NCBI GenBank assembly: GCA_965215335.1
Contig: CBDCDA010000002.1
Coordinates: 672,001-736,000, forward strand
Reading direction: 5' to 3'
Source of the DNA: an uncultured Candidatus Entotheonella sp.
Lineage (GTDB): Bacteria; Tectomicrobia; Entotheonellia; Entotheonellales; Entotheonellaceae
Length of the DNA stretch: 64,000 nt
Notes under the pieces: generated by a model
What the model saw: only the letters and a program-made list of their open reading frames with translations
What the model was told of the DNA's origin: nothing
Database searches by the model: none
In this document: positions 31,500 to 41,298 of the stretch, in pieces
How the letters are laid out: the number at the start of each line of letters is the position of its first letter
Numbering within the stretch: position 1 is the stretch's first letter
Translations under genes and position numbers: made by a program

Positions 31500-32384
31500 A
31501 TGCAACTCGCGCTGTCGGACATTACGCAATTCAGTCATGACCTGCACCGCCCGGAAGGCGCCATGGTGGCCCGCGACGGCACCGTTTGGGCGGCCGACGA
31601 GCGCGGCGGCTGCGCCCGTATCACGCCCGACGGCGAGCCTACCCTGGTGGGGGATTTGCAGGGCATGCCGAACGGTATCTGCCTCGACACGAACGGCGAC
31701 ATCATCGTGGCGAACATCGGCAACGGCCAGGTGCAACGGTTGCACCCCGACGGCCGGCACGAGGTGCTGGCGACGCATGCCGATGGTCGCGCCCTGAGGG
31801 CGCCCAACTTCCCTTTTGTCGACAGCAAGGGCCGCATCTGGGTGTCCCACTCCACGGATGCGGAACCGCGCCGCTCGGCGCTGTGGGACCCGCGGCCCGA
31901 TGGCGCCCTCGCGGTGATCGAGAACGGCCAAGCGCGCTTCGCCGCCACCGGGGTGTACTTCGCCAACGGCTTCACCCTGGATGCGAAAGAGGAATACCTG
32001 TACATCGCCGAAACCTCGACCATCCGCATCATGCGCTTCCCGGTGCGCGCCGACGGCACCCTGGGGCCGCGCGAACAATTCGGCCCGCACCTGGGCGAAA
32101 ATGCCTACCCCGACGGCTGCTCCTTCGATCAGGCCGGCAACCTGTGGGTCACCATGCCGTTCCGCAACGCCATCGGCGTGCTGACACCGGAGGCGGAGTG
32201 GCGCATCGTGCTGGACGACCCCGTCGGCACCGTCCTGCCGCGTCCGAGCAACCTCTGTTTCGGCGGCGACGATCTGTGCACCGCATACGTGGGTAACCTC
32301 GAAGGCGCCACGCTGCCGACTTTCCGCACGCCCTGTCCGGGCATGCCGCTGGCGCATCAATCAAGCATGACGGCGAAGTGGTGA
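31500..32384 (+). CDS. SMP-30/gluconolactonase family protein
   Basis: PEG, PNG, FANG, PDGCSFDQAGNLWV, NLCFGG. Confidence 0.9.
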   Translation: MQLALSDITQFSHDLHRPEGAMVARDGTVWAADERGGCARITPDGEPTLVGDLQGMPNGICLDTNGDIIVANIGNGQVQRLHPDGRHEVLATHADGRALRAPNFPFVDSKGRIWVSHSTDAEPRRSALWDPRPDGALAVIENGQARFAATGVYFANGFTLDAKEEYLYIAETSTIRIMRFPVRADGTLGPREQFGPHLGENAYPDGCSFDQAGNLWVTMPFRNAIGVLTPEAEWRIVLDDPVGTVLPRPSNLCFGGDDLCTAYVGNLEGATLPTFRTPCPGMPLAHQSSMTAKW

Positions 32385-32463
32385 CGTCAATGAGGATCGA
32401 GACCCCTCGAAAGCAGCAAGACGGGAGCGAGGATTTTCGATAGCAGAAAGGTGGTTCCCACGC

Positions 32464-32970
32464 TCAGCCGGACCTCGACCCGGCGTAGGTGTCCAGGTGC
32501 GCAAAGGAGCGCTGCCGGCTGTCCCAGCGGAAGAGCCTGGCCTCGGCAATGTGGTCCGCCTGAGCGTCGATGACGATGTGGTCCACGGGGTAGAGGGGCT
32601 CGGCGCTATCGTCGGGTTCGCGGCCCAGCGCGGCGCGGGTGTCCTCGGCGGAAAAGTAGGCGCCGACGTCGGGATGGGAGTGGTAGATGATCTTCACCGG
32701 GCGCTCGCCAGAGACGCTCTCGATTAGGAATCTCAAATCCTTGCCGCCGAGGTAATAGGCCTCACGCGCCGTGCGTGGAAAGCGTTCCGGGTCGAGGGCG
32801 TGGTAGCGATTCTGCTCGTTGACGCACGGGCGTACTTCGTCGATCACCGGACTGCCGTGCGGTGCGATGAGAAACCCGCAGCACTCCTCGGGATAAGTCT
32901 CGTGGGCGTGGGCGTACACGGCATCCAGAACGTGCTGCGGCACGAATGGCAGGGACGCATCGGGCGGCAT
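32464..32970 (-). CDS. JAB/MPN (M67) metallopeptidase
   Basis: YPEECCG and YHSHPDVGAYFSAED. Confidence 0.9.
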   Translation of the reverse strand: MPPDASLPFVPQHVLDAVYAHAHETYPEECCGFLIAPHGSPVIDEVRPCVNEQNRYHALDPERFPRTAREAYYLGGKDLRFLIESVSGERPVKIIYHSHPDVGAYFSAEDTRAALGREPDDSAEPLYPVDHIVIDAQADHIAEARLFRWDSRQRSFAHLDTYAGSRSG

Positions 32971-33080
32971 GATCGAAACTCCTTATCAGGGATTGCGGGG
33001 ACGAGCGACGGCGGGCACTATATCGCTTCCCGACGGCCAATTGCAATCACGCCGACCTTCACGCCAACGGGTGAATTGTC

Positions 33081-33596
33081 ATGCCGCGAATCTACGACTA
33101 CTGCCCGCGATGCGCCACCACCTTCACCCGCCAGCTGCTGCACGGCCACGAACGCATGGTGTGTCCGGCCTGCCGCTTCATCTTCTGGCAGAATCCCGCT
33201 GTCGGTGTCGCCGTCATCGTTTTGCAGGAGGGCCGCATCGTGCTGGCCCGGCGGGCGCGCGGGGTGTATCGCGGCGCCTGGTGCATTCCGTGCGGCTATG
33301 TGGAGTACGACGAGGAGGTGCGCGCGGCGGCGCGGCGCGAATTCCGTGAGGAGACCGGCTTGCTGGTCGAGATCGGCGAGGTGTACGCCGTGCACTCGAA
33401 TTTCCACGACTCGGCGTCGCATTCGGTCGGCGTCTGGTTTTGGGGCAGCGTGCCGGAAGGCACGCTGCAGGCAGCCGACGACGTCGACCGGGTCGCCTGG
33501 GTTTCCTTGAACGACATGCCGGACAACCTCGCCTTTCCCACCGACCGCTTGGTCATCGAGCGGTTGCAGCGCGAATACGGCCCCGCCAAAGACTGA
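33081..33596 (+). CDS. Nudix hydrolase with N-terminal zinc ribbon
   Basis: YCPRC..CPAC, GYVEYDEEVRAAARREFREETG. Confidence 0.9.
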   Translation: MPRIYDYCPRCATTFTRQLLHGHERMVCPACRFIFWQNPAVGVAVIVLQEGRIVLARRARGVYRGAWCIPCGYVEYDEEVRAAARREFREETGLLVEIGEVYAVHSNFHDSASHSVGVWFWGSVPEGTLQAADDVDRVAWVSLNDMPDNLAFPTDRLVIERLQREYGPAKD

Positions 33597-33695
33597 GCAC
33601 ACCTCCCCCCGCTTGCGCTGCATCTGTGCCTCACCTACAATGACCGCCCTCATTCGAGGCTTCCTTGCAACCGTCCACAATACAGGAGGTGTGGC

Positions 33696-34955
33696 GTGAA
33701 ATTCATGCTGTTTGCCCTGCCGACCGTCCCGGCCGAGACGTTTGAGGAACGCAAGCAACTGAGGCCGATCGGCAGAAATGACGACAAGTACCAGCAGATG
33801 ATCGACGAACTGCGCAAGATGGCCGTTTTTGCCGACCAGGCGGGGTTCGACGTGATGGGAACCACCGAGCATCACATGCACTCCGAGGGCATGGAAGCCT
33901 CGGTGGCGCCCATGCTCCTGTACACGGACTTGGCGGCCCGTACCGAGCGGCTCAAGTTCGCTCCCCTCGGCCTCGTCCTGGCCGCCTGGGACCCGATCCG
34001 GGTGGCAGAAGAAGTGGCGGTGTTCGACCACCTCAGCAAGGGCCGCCTGTACGTCGGCTTCGCGCGCGGCTACCAGGACCGCTGGGTCAACATCATGGGG
34101 CAGCAGTACCACTCCACCGGCGCCACCATGGACGGCAGCGCCGTGGATAACCACAACCGCGCGGTTTTCGAGGAAGCGGTCAAGATCATCAAGAAAGCCT
34201 GGACGCAGGCGGCCTTCAACCACGACGGCGAGTACTACAAGGTGCCCTACCCGCACGACACCGGCGTCACCCGTTGGCCAATCACGGAATTCACGAACAC
34301 CTACGGCGCCCCCGGCGAGCTGGACGAAAACGGCGCCGTGCGCAACGTGTGCGTCATTCCGGCGCCCTATCAGAAGCCGCACCCGCCCATGATGCAGCCG
34401 TTCGGCGCCAGCGAGCGCACCATCTTCTGGTGCGCCAAGCAGGGCATCACGCCCTGGATTCTGACCGCCCACCCGGAAAGTTTCCGGCACATCGCCAGGG
34501 TCTATCAGAACTCGGCCAACGACGAGGGCCGCAATCTCAAGTTCGGCGAGGCCCTCGGCGCGGTCCGCTCCGTGCACTTCGGCGACAACGAGCAGGAGGC
34601 CGTCGACCTGCTGGCCAAGACCAATTTTGCCAGCTTCAAAGAGTTCTTCGGGCCGTTCGGCTTCTTCGAGGCGCACCGTTCGCCCGACGACGCTAAGCAG
34701 TACCCTCTCGACCCGTACACCCCGCTGCCGCCCAGGGAGTGGACCGTGCAGCGCCTGCGCGACGTCAAGTACGCCCTTACCGGCACCCCCGATCAGGTCA
34801 AGCGTGAAATCGAGGAACTGCACAAGATGCACGAAGGCGACGGCGAGCTGGAATGGTTCGGCTGGTTCTTCGACCAGGGCATGATGCCGTGGGACGAGCA
34901 GGAACGCCAGTTGGAAATGTTCGCCAAGCACATCATCCCGGCGTTCAAGGACTAA
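33696..34955 (+). CDS. LLM-class flavin-dependent oxidoreductase
   Basis: TEHH, DPIRVAEE, DHLSKGRL, PYQKPHPP; aggagg RBS. Confidence 0.92.
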   Translation: MKFMLFALPTVPAETFEERKQLRPIGRNDDKYQQMIDELRKMAVFADQAGFDVMGTTEHHMHSEGMEASVAPMLLYTDLAARTERLKFAPLGLVLAAWDPIRVAEEVAVFDHLSKGRLYVGFARGYQDRWVNIMGQQYHSTGATMDGSAVDNHNRAVFEEAVKIIKKAWTQAAFNHDGEYYKVPYPHDTGVTRWPITEFTNTYGAPGELDENGAVRNVCVIPAPYQKPHPPMMQPFGASERTIFWCAKQGITPWILTAHPESFRHIARVYQNSANDEGRNLKFGEALGAVRSVHFGDNEQEAVDLLAKTNFASFKEFFGPFGFFEAHRSPDDAKQYPLDPYTPLPPREWTVQRLRDVKYALTGTPDQVKREIEELHKMHEGDGELEWFGWFFDQGMMPWDEQERQLEMFAKHIIPAFKD

Positions 34956-36248
34956 GGAATTTGATCCAATTTAGGTTTCCAACTTCATCGTGGGTGTAAC
35001 TCATAGTTCCAGTCGCCGTGGAACGCGTTGCGATGGAGCGATAGGGCGTCCATCTCGGCGTTCGTCGTCACCACTGCGGTCGGGTATGTTCTTGCGTCAA
35101 GTTCGGCTCTGACCCGAAGACCTGCGTTGGTACGCGTATTGCCGATCAAATCGACTATGGTCTCAAAGGTCCGCAACGGCTTGCCTCGCCAATTCTGCGT
35201 GATGTGGCAGAACAGACGATGCTCGATCTTGTTCCATTTGCTGGTACCGGGCGGGAAGTGGCTGACGTGGATGCGCACACCCGTCTCGTCGGCAAACTGT
35301 TGCAGTCCGTGCTTCCAGGCGCGACAGCGATACCCGTTGCTACCGCCCGCATCGGCAGTGATGAATAGCTCACGAGCCTCGGAGTAGCGACGCTTGCCCA
35401 TCTCGTCCCACCACCGCCGCAGCGAGGCCACCGCGAACGCCGGCGTGTCGTGGTCACACCCAACACTGACCCATGCTTCGTTGCCTCCCATATCATAGAT
35501 GCCATAGGGAATGGCCTTGCCCGTCGCGTCCTGAGGAAAGTCGTGAACCCGTGATTGCTCGGGCTGCCCCTTCGGTTGCCACTCCCGGCCAGCGTTCTTG
35601 AAATCACCCACCAACTCCTTCTTCTTGGTGTCGACCGATACCACCGGCTGAGCGCGTTGCAAAAACTCATCTGCCTTTGAATTGATATGTTCGAACTGTG
35701 CGTTGCGATCGGGGTGCGACGCCCCTTCTCGACTCTTGCGCACCGATTGCAGGCGATAGCCGAGCTCATGCAGTAAACGGCCCACCGTCGTCGAACTGAC
35801 CTTCCAGCCAGCCTTCGACAGCGCCACGGTGAGCTTCGCTTTGCTCTTGCACGTCCACCTCAACGGCGACTGCGGGTCGCCGCGAGTCAACGGATCAACC
35901 AACTGCTCCAGCGCTTGCTTGATGCCCGGCTGAGACTGCTCGATGCCCGGTCGTCCAGCGCCCGGTCGGCGCACCCGGCCAAACTCAGTGCCACCACCTG
36001 CCAGCTCTCGGCGTCCCGCCCGAATGGTCGGGCGCGACAATCCTGTCGCATCCGACACCAGGGCATCTCCTCCATAGCCGATGGCACGCGACTCCGTGGC
36101 TGCCCAGATACGACGCCCACGCTCATCAAGAAACGCTTCGATCGCCGCGTACTTCTCAACAATGGTGGCTTCGAGTTCGTGATCGCGCCTCATGGAACAA
36201 TTGAAACACAAAACTCAAAACATGAAAAACTAATTTGCGACAAATTCC
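34956..36248 (-). mobile_element. ISAzo13-family IS; transposase 34985..36193
   Basis: IR ggaatttg / caaattcc with taa duplicated on both sides; SVDTKKKELVG, ADAGGSN, PPGTSKWNKIEHRLF. Confidence 0.93.
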
Positions 36249-36409
36249 TAAGGATGAACGCAGGTGGTGGCTCAGTTTCAAATGTCCCTTCACTTCTGCC
36301 GGCGCATCGTCCCCTCGGTGAGGGAGAAAATTCAAACTGAGCCACTACCTGTCTCACGGTTCTCTTGTTTGACTCGCAAGCCTGAACATGTGGGAGGCAC
36401 ATCAAAGCC

Positions 36410-37087
36410 ATGCCTGATTTAGAGCAAATCCCGTTTGAGGGTGTTGAATTTGCCGATAATCCTGAGCCTCGATGTCCCTGCGTCTTGCTCCTGGACACGT
36501 CCTATTCGATGAGCGGTGAGAAAATCGCCGAGTTGAACCGCGGTCTCACAACCTTTGCTGAGGAGCTTCGCTCGGATAGCATGGCCGCCAAGCGAGTCGA
36601 GGTTGCGATTGTCACCTTCGGCCCGGTGCGGACCGTTCAGCACTTTGTCACGGCGGATGTGTTCCAGACACCTACGCTTGTCGCAAGTGGCGATACGCCT
36701 ATGGGAACGGCAATCCAAAATTCGGTCGAACTGATTGCAGAGCGCAAGGCGATTTACCGGAGCAGTGGCATTGGCTATTATCGACCTTGGATATTTTTGA
36801 TTACCGATGGCGCCCCGACGGACAGTGTAAGTGCCGCCACCTCGGCCATTCGAGAGGGAGAAACTTCGAGGTCACTCATGTTTTACGCGGTCGGTGTCGC
36901 GGAGTCGGACATGAATCGCCTGGCCCAAATCTCTGTGCGCCAACCTCTGAAGTTACGCGGGCTTTCCTTCAGAGAGCTATTTGTCTGGCTTTCGAATTCA
37001 TTGGGTAGCGTATCCCGCTCGCAACCCGGCGAAGCGGTCCCGCTCACTAACCCGACCGCACCGGACGGCTGGGCCGTCGTGGATTAA
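36410..37087 (+). CDS. terY: TerY-type vWA domain protein
   Basis: [16 protein letters not shown] (MIDAS), [18 protein letters not shown]. Confidence 0.92.
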   Translation: MPDLEQIPFEGVEFADNPEPRCPCVLLLDTSYSMSGEKIAELNRGLTTFAEELRSDSMAAKRVEVAIVTFGPVRTVQHFVTADVFQTPTLVASGDTPMGTAIQNSVELIAERKAIYRSSGIGYYRPWIFLITDGAPTDSVSAATSAIREGETSRSLMFYAVGVAESDMNRLAQISVRQPLKLRGLSFRELFVWLSNSLGSVSRSQPGEAVPLTNPTAPDGWAVVD

Positions 37088-37094
37088 GCCGGGT

Positions 37095-37979
37095 ATGTGG
37101 CGATTTGTGACTGCTCGTGCGAGGGGAACGTCTCATATCAGGACCGGCCTCCCTTGCCAGGACCGACTTGACTGCAGAGTGGTGGGAAATCGGACGCTGG
37201 TGGCTGCCGTCGCCGATGGAGCCGGGTCGGCAGCATGGGCGGAACATGGGGCGGCCATCGCGGTCAAGACAGTCGTCGATTTCCTGTCCTGCCAACTTGA
37301 CGCCAGCCGGTTGGATTATGCCGCGATGTTGCGAGAGGCGGCGGTGGAAGCCCGTGAGGCAGTTCTTGCCGAAACCCATCGCCTTGGAGCAAAGCCGCGC
37401 GATCTTGCATCGACTCTCCTTGTTGTAATAGCAGGACCAGACAACGGGAGCGCGCTGCAGATTGGCGACGGCGTAATTGTAGCCAGCGGGGGAAACGACT
37501 GGAGCTGGGTATTCTGTCCACAGCGGGACACGACAAAAATCCCTTGGGCACTCTGGCCGCAACGTGTTGTGCATGGCAACCAGATTCTAGTAAATCAGAC
37601 CCCGAAATTCCGCTGGATATTCTGGCCGCAACGCGGTGAGTACGCCAACACGACACGCTTCCTGACCGATATGGATGCGGTGGAACGCCTTCAGGTCGCC
37701 CTCCGTTTAGGCAAGGTTACGGATATCGCGCTGATGACGGATGGCCTTGAGTCGCTCGCCCTGCACTACGCCAGTACGTCGGCCTATAACCCGTTCTTCC
37801 ATGGCATGTTCCGACCGCTTGTGAACGCAGCTGAAGCCGATGTAGATAAGGACAGGGAGATCAAGCATCTGTCGGCAATACTGGAGAGCTTTCTCTCATC
37901 CGAGCGGGTTCGATCTCGGACAGACGACGATGCGTCGCTCATTCTGGCCACCTACCGACGGCAAGGCGATATAGCATGA
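37095..37979 (+). CDS. PP2C-family phosphatase of the TerY-P triad
   Basis: GTSH...CQD, AVADGAGSA, QIGDG, GEYANTT, MTDGL, TDDD. Confidence 0.9.
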   Translation: MWRFVTARARGTSHIRTGLPCQDRLDCRVVGNRTLVAAVADGAGSAAWAEHGAAIAVKTVVDFLSCQLDASRLDYAAMLREAAVEAREAVLAETHRLGAKPRDLASTLLVVIAGPDNGSALQIGDGVIVASGGNDWSWVFCPQRDTTKIPWALWPQRVVHGNQILVNQTPKFRWIFWPQRGEYANTTRFLTDMDAVERLQVALRLGKVTDIALMTDGLESLALHYASTSAYNPFFHGMFRPLVNAAEADVDKDREIKHLSAILESFLSSERVRSRTDDDASLILATYRRQGDIA

Positions 37980-39916
37980 TGCAGATGACGCTGATGCGTG
38001 CGGGTACAAACATCCGTCTCGGTCAGGAACTTGCTCGGGGTGGAGAAGGGACGGTGTTTGCGGTCGATGGATGGAAGGATTGGAGTGCCAAAATCTATTC
38101 ATCGCCACCTGATCGTAGAAAAGCTCAGAAACTTGAGGTCATGACGGGGGAGAAGAGCCCGTCGCTTCATCGGATTGCCGCTTGGCCCAAGGACCTTTTG
38201 ATCGACAGCGCGCAAAAGCCGCGTGGATTCATCATGCCTTGGGTCGACGCGCGCGGGGCCATCCACGAGCTTTACAGCCCTAAAAGCCGCTTAGAAGTTT
38301 TTCCAAAGGCAGATTTCCAATTCTTAGTTGGCGTTGCAGCCAATGTTTCCCGGGCCTTTGCAGTCGTTCACGAGCAAGGCCACGTCGTGGGCGACGTGAA
38401 TCATGGCAACCTGCTCGTCAGGACAGACGGGACCGTGAAGTTCATCGACTGCGACTCGTTTCAGATCCGAAAAAGTAAGGGCCACGACCGCCCAGATGTC
38501 TATACCTGCGACGTTGGTGTACCGCTATACACAGCGCCGGAACTTCACGGGCGCGCGTTTCGCGGGCTTGATCGGGACGCTAATCATGATCGGTTCGGCC
38601 TCGCTGTCCTCCTGTTTCACCTTCTCTACATGGGCCGGCATCCGTTTGCAGGACGATATTCTGGCTCTGGTGAGATGCCGATTGAGAAAGCAATCGGTGA
38701 GTATCGCTTCGCCTACGGCCCGGACGGTGCTGCGAAAGGCATGGAGCGTCCACCGGGTACGGTCCCTTTGGAGACGATGGGCAGAGCTATCGCGCAGCTT
38801 TTCATCCATGCTTTCGGACACGATGGCAGCATCGGCGTACGGCCGGATGCGAAGACTTGGGTCAAGGCACTTGAGGGGCTGCAATCTGGCCTAAGGGTAT
38901 GTTCCACGGCGAGTTGGCATCATTATCCGGGAGGGCTGGCAGCGTGCCCGTGGTGTACAGTTGAATCACAGGCAAACGTGTGTCTGTTCGGGCAATGGAT
39001 TGTAGTAAGCAGAACGACAAAAACAATTGATCTTGCTGAGCTTTGGGGAGCGATTTTGGCTGTCCCGGATCCGGGCGCGATCCCAGCACCTCCTTCTGAA
39101 CGGCCATGGCATCTACCGCCTGGGATAGAAGTACCAAGCCGCAAACCACTGAGGATTTTCAGTATCAGTGTCGGGCTTGTATTTGCGGGATTCGTAGCGT
39201 ATATCGTGCCCGTCAAGGACGTAGGAATCGTCCTCGCGGGAATCGTCCTCGCGGCTTTGCTTTTATGGCCACGGGCCTCAGCCGATAAGCGGGCTGCAGC
39301 CAATGGAGTATATCAGGCAGCAAAAGCAGAATGGGAAGGCGCTTTGGCTCAGTGGAAGCGTGAGGCATCCCCAGATGTCTTCGCTCGAAAGCGGGAGGCT
39401 TTGGAAAAGGCGCGTGCGGAAATGAAAGACCTACCAAACGAACAGCGTCGCCGGCTAGCGAAGCTGGAGGCGAAACGAGAGATGCGCCAGCGTCAGCGAT
39501 ATCTCAACAGGTTTCGCATCAGCCGGACTAATATTCCTGGGATCGGTGTAAGCCGAAGCAGCATGCTGGCTTCTTATGGTATTGAGACCGCAGCCGATAT
39601 TAAAAGCCCGGGACAGATCCTTCAAATACCGGGCTTCGGGGAAGTAATGACCTCTGAACTGATGCAATGGCGAAAAGGACACGAACGAAACTTCCAGTTC
39701 AATCCGAGCGAGCCAGTTGACCGGCGTGAGATCGACGCCATAAATCGAGAGCTTGACATACGAAGGCAGAGCTTGCTGGCAACGCTGCGACAAGGGCCTG
39801 ATGAGCTACGTCGGCTCCGCCAAGAGATTATCGGGGCCCGTGAACGGTTGATGCCAACATTAGAGAAGGCATGGGACGAACTCAAGATCGCGGAAGCACG
39901 ACGCAACGCACTCTGA
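37976..39916 (+). CDS. Ser/Thr kinase with TM segments, coiled coil and HhH domain (TerY-P triad)
   Basis: ARGGEG, AKIY, VGDVNHGN, IDCDSFQ, TAPE, CPWC, IPGIG/IPGFG. Confidence 0.9.
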   Translation: MMQMTLMRAGTNIRLGQELARGGEGTVFAVDGWKDWSAKIYSSPPDRRKAQKLEVMTGEKSPSLHRIAAWPKDLLIDSAQKPRGFIMPWVDARGAIHELYSPKSRLEVFPKADFQFLVGVAANVSRAFAVVHEQGHVVGDVNHGNLLVRTDGTVKFIDCDSFQIRKSKGHDRPDVYTCDVGVPLYTAPELHGRAFRGLDRDANHDRFGLAVLLFHLLYMGRHPFAGRYSGSGEMPIEKAIGEYRFAYGPDGAAKGMERPPGTVPLETMGRAIAQLFIHAFGHDGSIGVRPDAKTWVKALEGLQSGLRVCSTASWHHYPGGLAACPWCTVESQANVCLFGQWIVVSRTTKTIDLAELWGAILAVPDPGAIPAPPSERPWHLPPGIEVPSRKPLRIFSISVGLVFAGFVAYIVPVKDVGIVLAGIVLAALLLWPRASADKRAAANGVYQAAKAEWEGALAQWKREASPDVFARKREALEKARAEMKDLPNEQRRRLAKLEAKREMRQRQRYLNRFRISRTNIPGIGVSRSSMLASYGIETAADIKSPGQILQIPGFGEVMTSELMQWRKGHERNFQFNPSEPVDRREIDAINRELDIRRQSLLATLRQGPDELRRLRQEIIGARERLMPTLEKAWDELKIAEARRNAL

Positions 39917-39992
39917 GGATGAATTGAAGACCGGCACCTTGCACGCCCTGCTGGTCCAGCTTGGTTTGGCACGCGCCGACCTGTAGGAGGTC

Positions 39993-40170
39993 CAGGGTAA
40001 GCGCATATGGCGTCATCGGGTTACGGTAGTTCAGAATTGCCTGGCTCCATGCAAGACCATCGTAACGTCATTCCGGCGAAAGCCGGAATCCATTCATGTC
40101 GTCGTGGATGCCGGGTCAAGCCCGGCATGACGTGCAGACGGCCCTTTTGGACCCATATGCGCTCGCCCTG
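39993..40170. mobile_element. MITE-like element with ISAs1-type IRs enclosing a REP-like palindrome
   Basis: cagggtaagcgcatatgg (same as at 1013) ... ccatatgcgctcgccctg; internal cgtcattccggcgaaagccggaatcca...tggatgccgggtcaagcccggcatgacg. Confidence 0.75.
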
Positions 40171-40390
40171 CCTATCTGCGCTTGCCGTGCAGACAAGTGA
40201 GTTGCTACCCTGGCGTCGGATTGTGCTGCTCTGGAGGTGCAGCTGTGGGAGGCCCACCCGTTGCACGGCCTGCGGTTAGGTCAGACCGCACGGGCAGGCT
40301 GGAGCGATCGGGTCATCTCCTGGTTCATCGCAGCCTGGATCCCGGCTGTTGAATGGAGGAGCGCAGACCGGTTATTGATTGAAGTGAGGA

Positions 40391-41164
40391 TTGCGCGTGT
40401 CTTTTACCGTCACCGACTTTCATGATCTGGTGCACCTCCTGGAGGAAAGACCGGAGTGGCGAACCGAGCTCCGGCGTCTGGTGCTCAGTGCCGACTTCCT
40501 GGAGATGCCGGGGGAGCTTGCTAAACTGCAGCGTGAGACCGCCGAGCTGCAGCTTGGTCTCACCGAGCTGCGGCACGAGACCGAGCAGCTGCGGCACGAG
40601 ACCGAGCGGCGCTTCCAGGAACTGATCGCGACGCAGGAGCGGTTCGCGGAGGAACTCGCCGCCCTGACCCGTATCGTTCGGGTCCTCGCGGACGACGTCG
40701 GGAAGCTGAAGGGCACCGACCTGGAGCGGCGCTACCGCGAGCGGCCCTTTGCCCACTTCGGGCGGTTGATCCGGCGGGCGCACGTGTTCACTGAGGAGGA
40801 GCTTGCCGACCTGCTCGAAGCGGGGACGGCACGCGGCGTGCTGTCGGAGAACGAGGCGGATCAGGTGACGTGGGCCGACCTCGTCGTGCGCGGCAAGCGC
40901 CGCGACGATGGCACCGAGGTGTCCTTGGTCGTGGAAGTCTCCTGGGGCGTAGGGCCGCACGACGTGGCGCGAGCGTTAGAGCGGGCACGGCTGCTTGCCC
41001 GGCTGGTGTCGCCCGTGTTGCCGGTGGTAGCCGGGGAAGTCGTGACCCCCGAAGCGGCGCGTCGAGCCGTCGCCGAAGGCGTGTGGCAGGTGCTGCCCGG
41101 GCGAGTGATTCCACCGCAGACGATCGCGCCCGGTAGCCGAGCTGCCACAGAGGAGGGTGCATGA
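40391..41164 (+). CDS. Coiled-coil protein with putative C-terminal PD-(D/E)xK-like domain
   Basis: LLEERPEWRTELRRLVL, heptad repeats (LRHETEQ), ADLVVRG...VVEVS. Confidence 0.7.
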   Translation: MRVSFTVTDFHDLVHLLEERPEWRTELRRLVLSADFLEMPGELAKLQRETAELQLGLTELRHETEQLRHETERRFQELIATQERFAEELAALTRIVRVLADDVGKLKGTDLERRYRERPFAHFGRLIRRAHVFTEEELADLLEAGTARGVLSENEADQVTWADLVVRGKRRDDGTEVSLVVEVSWGVGPHDVARALERARLLARLVSPVLPVVAGEVVTPEAARRAVAEGVWQVLPGRVIPPQTIAPGSRAATEEGA

Positions 41165-41298
41165 CGACATGACGACTTCCGAATCGCGGCGTGCCGCCGC
41201 TTTTATTGGCAGGTCAACGTAACGCCGCAATCGATTGGCGAACAGTGGCGGAGGACATTCGGGTCTACATCACGAAAGGAGAAAAAAGGAGAAAGACG

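Noticed and set aside
33018..34931. Long antisense or overlapping ORFs (e.g. 33018..34931, 8058..9956, 41203..42825, 53075..54850)
   Set aside because: Shadow frames of GC-rich genes with clear family motifs on the other strand
41191..41298. DUF29-like fragment (IDWRTVAEDI) ahead of the amidohydrolase
   Set aside because: Too short to support; the amidohydrolase has its own RBS and ATG at 41299
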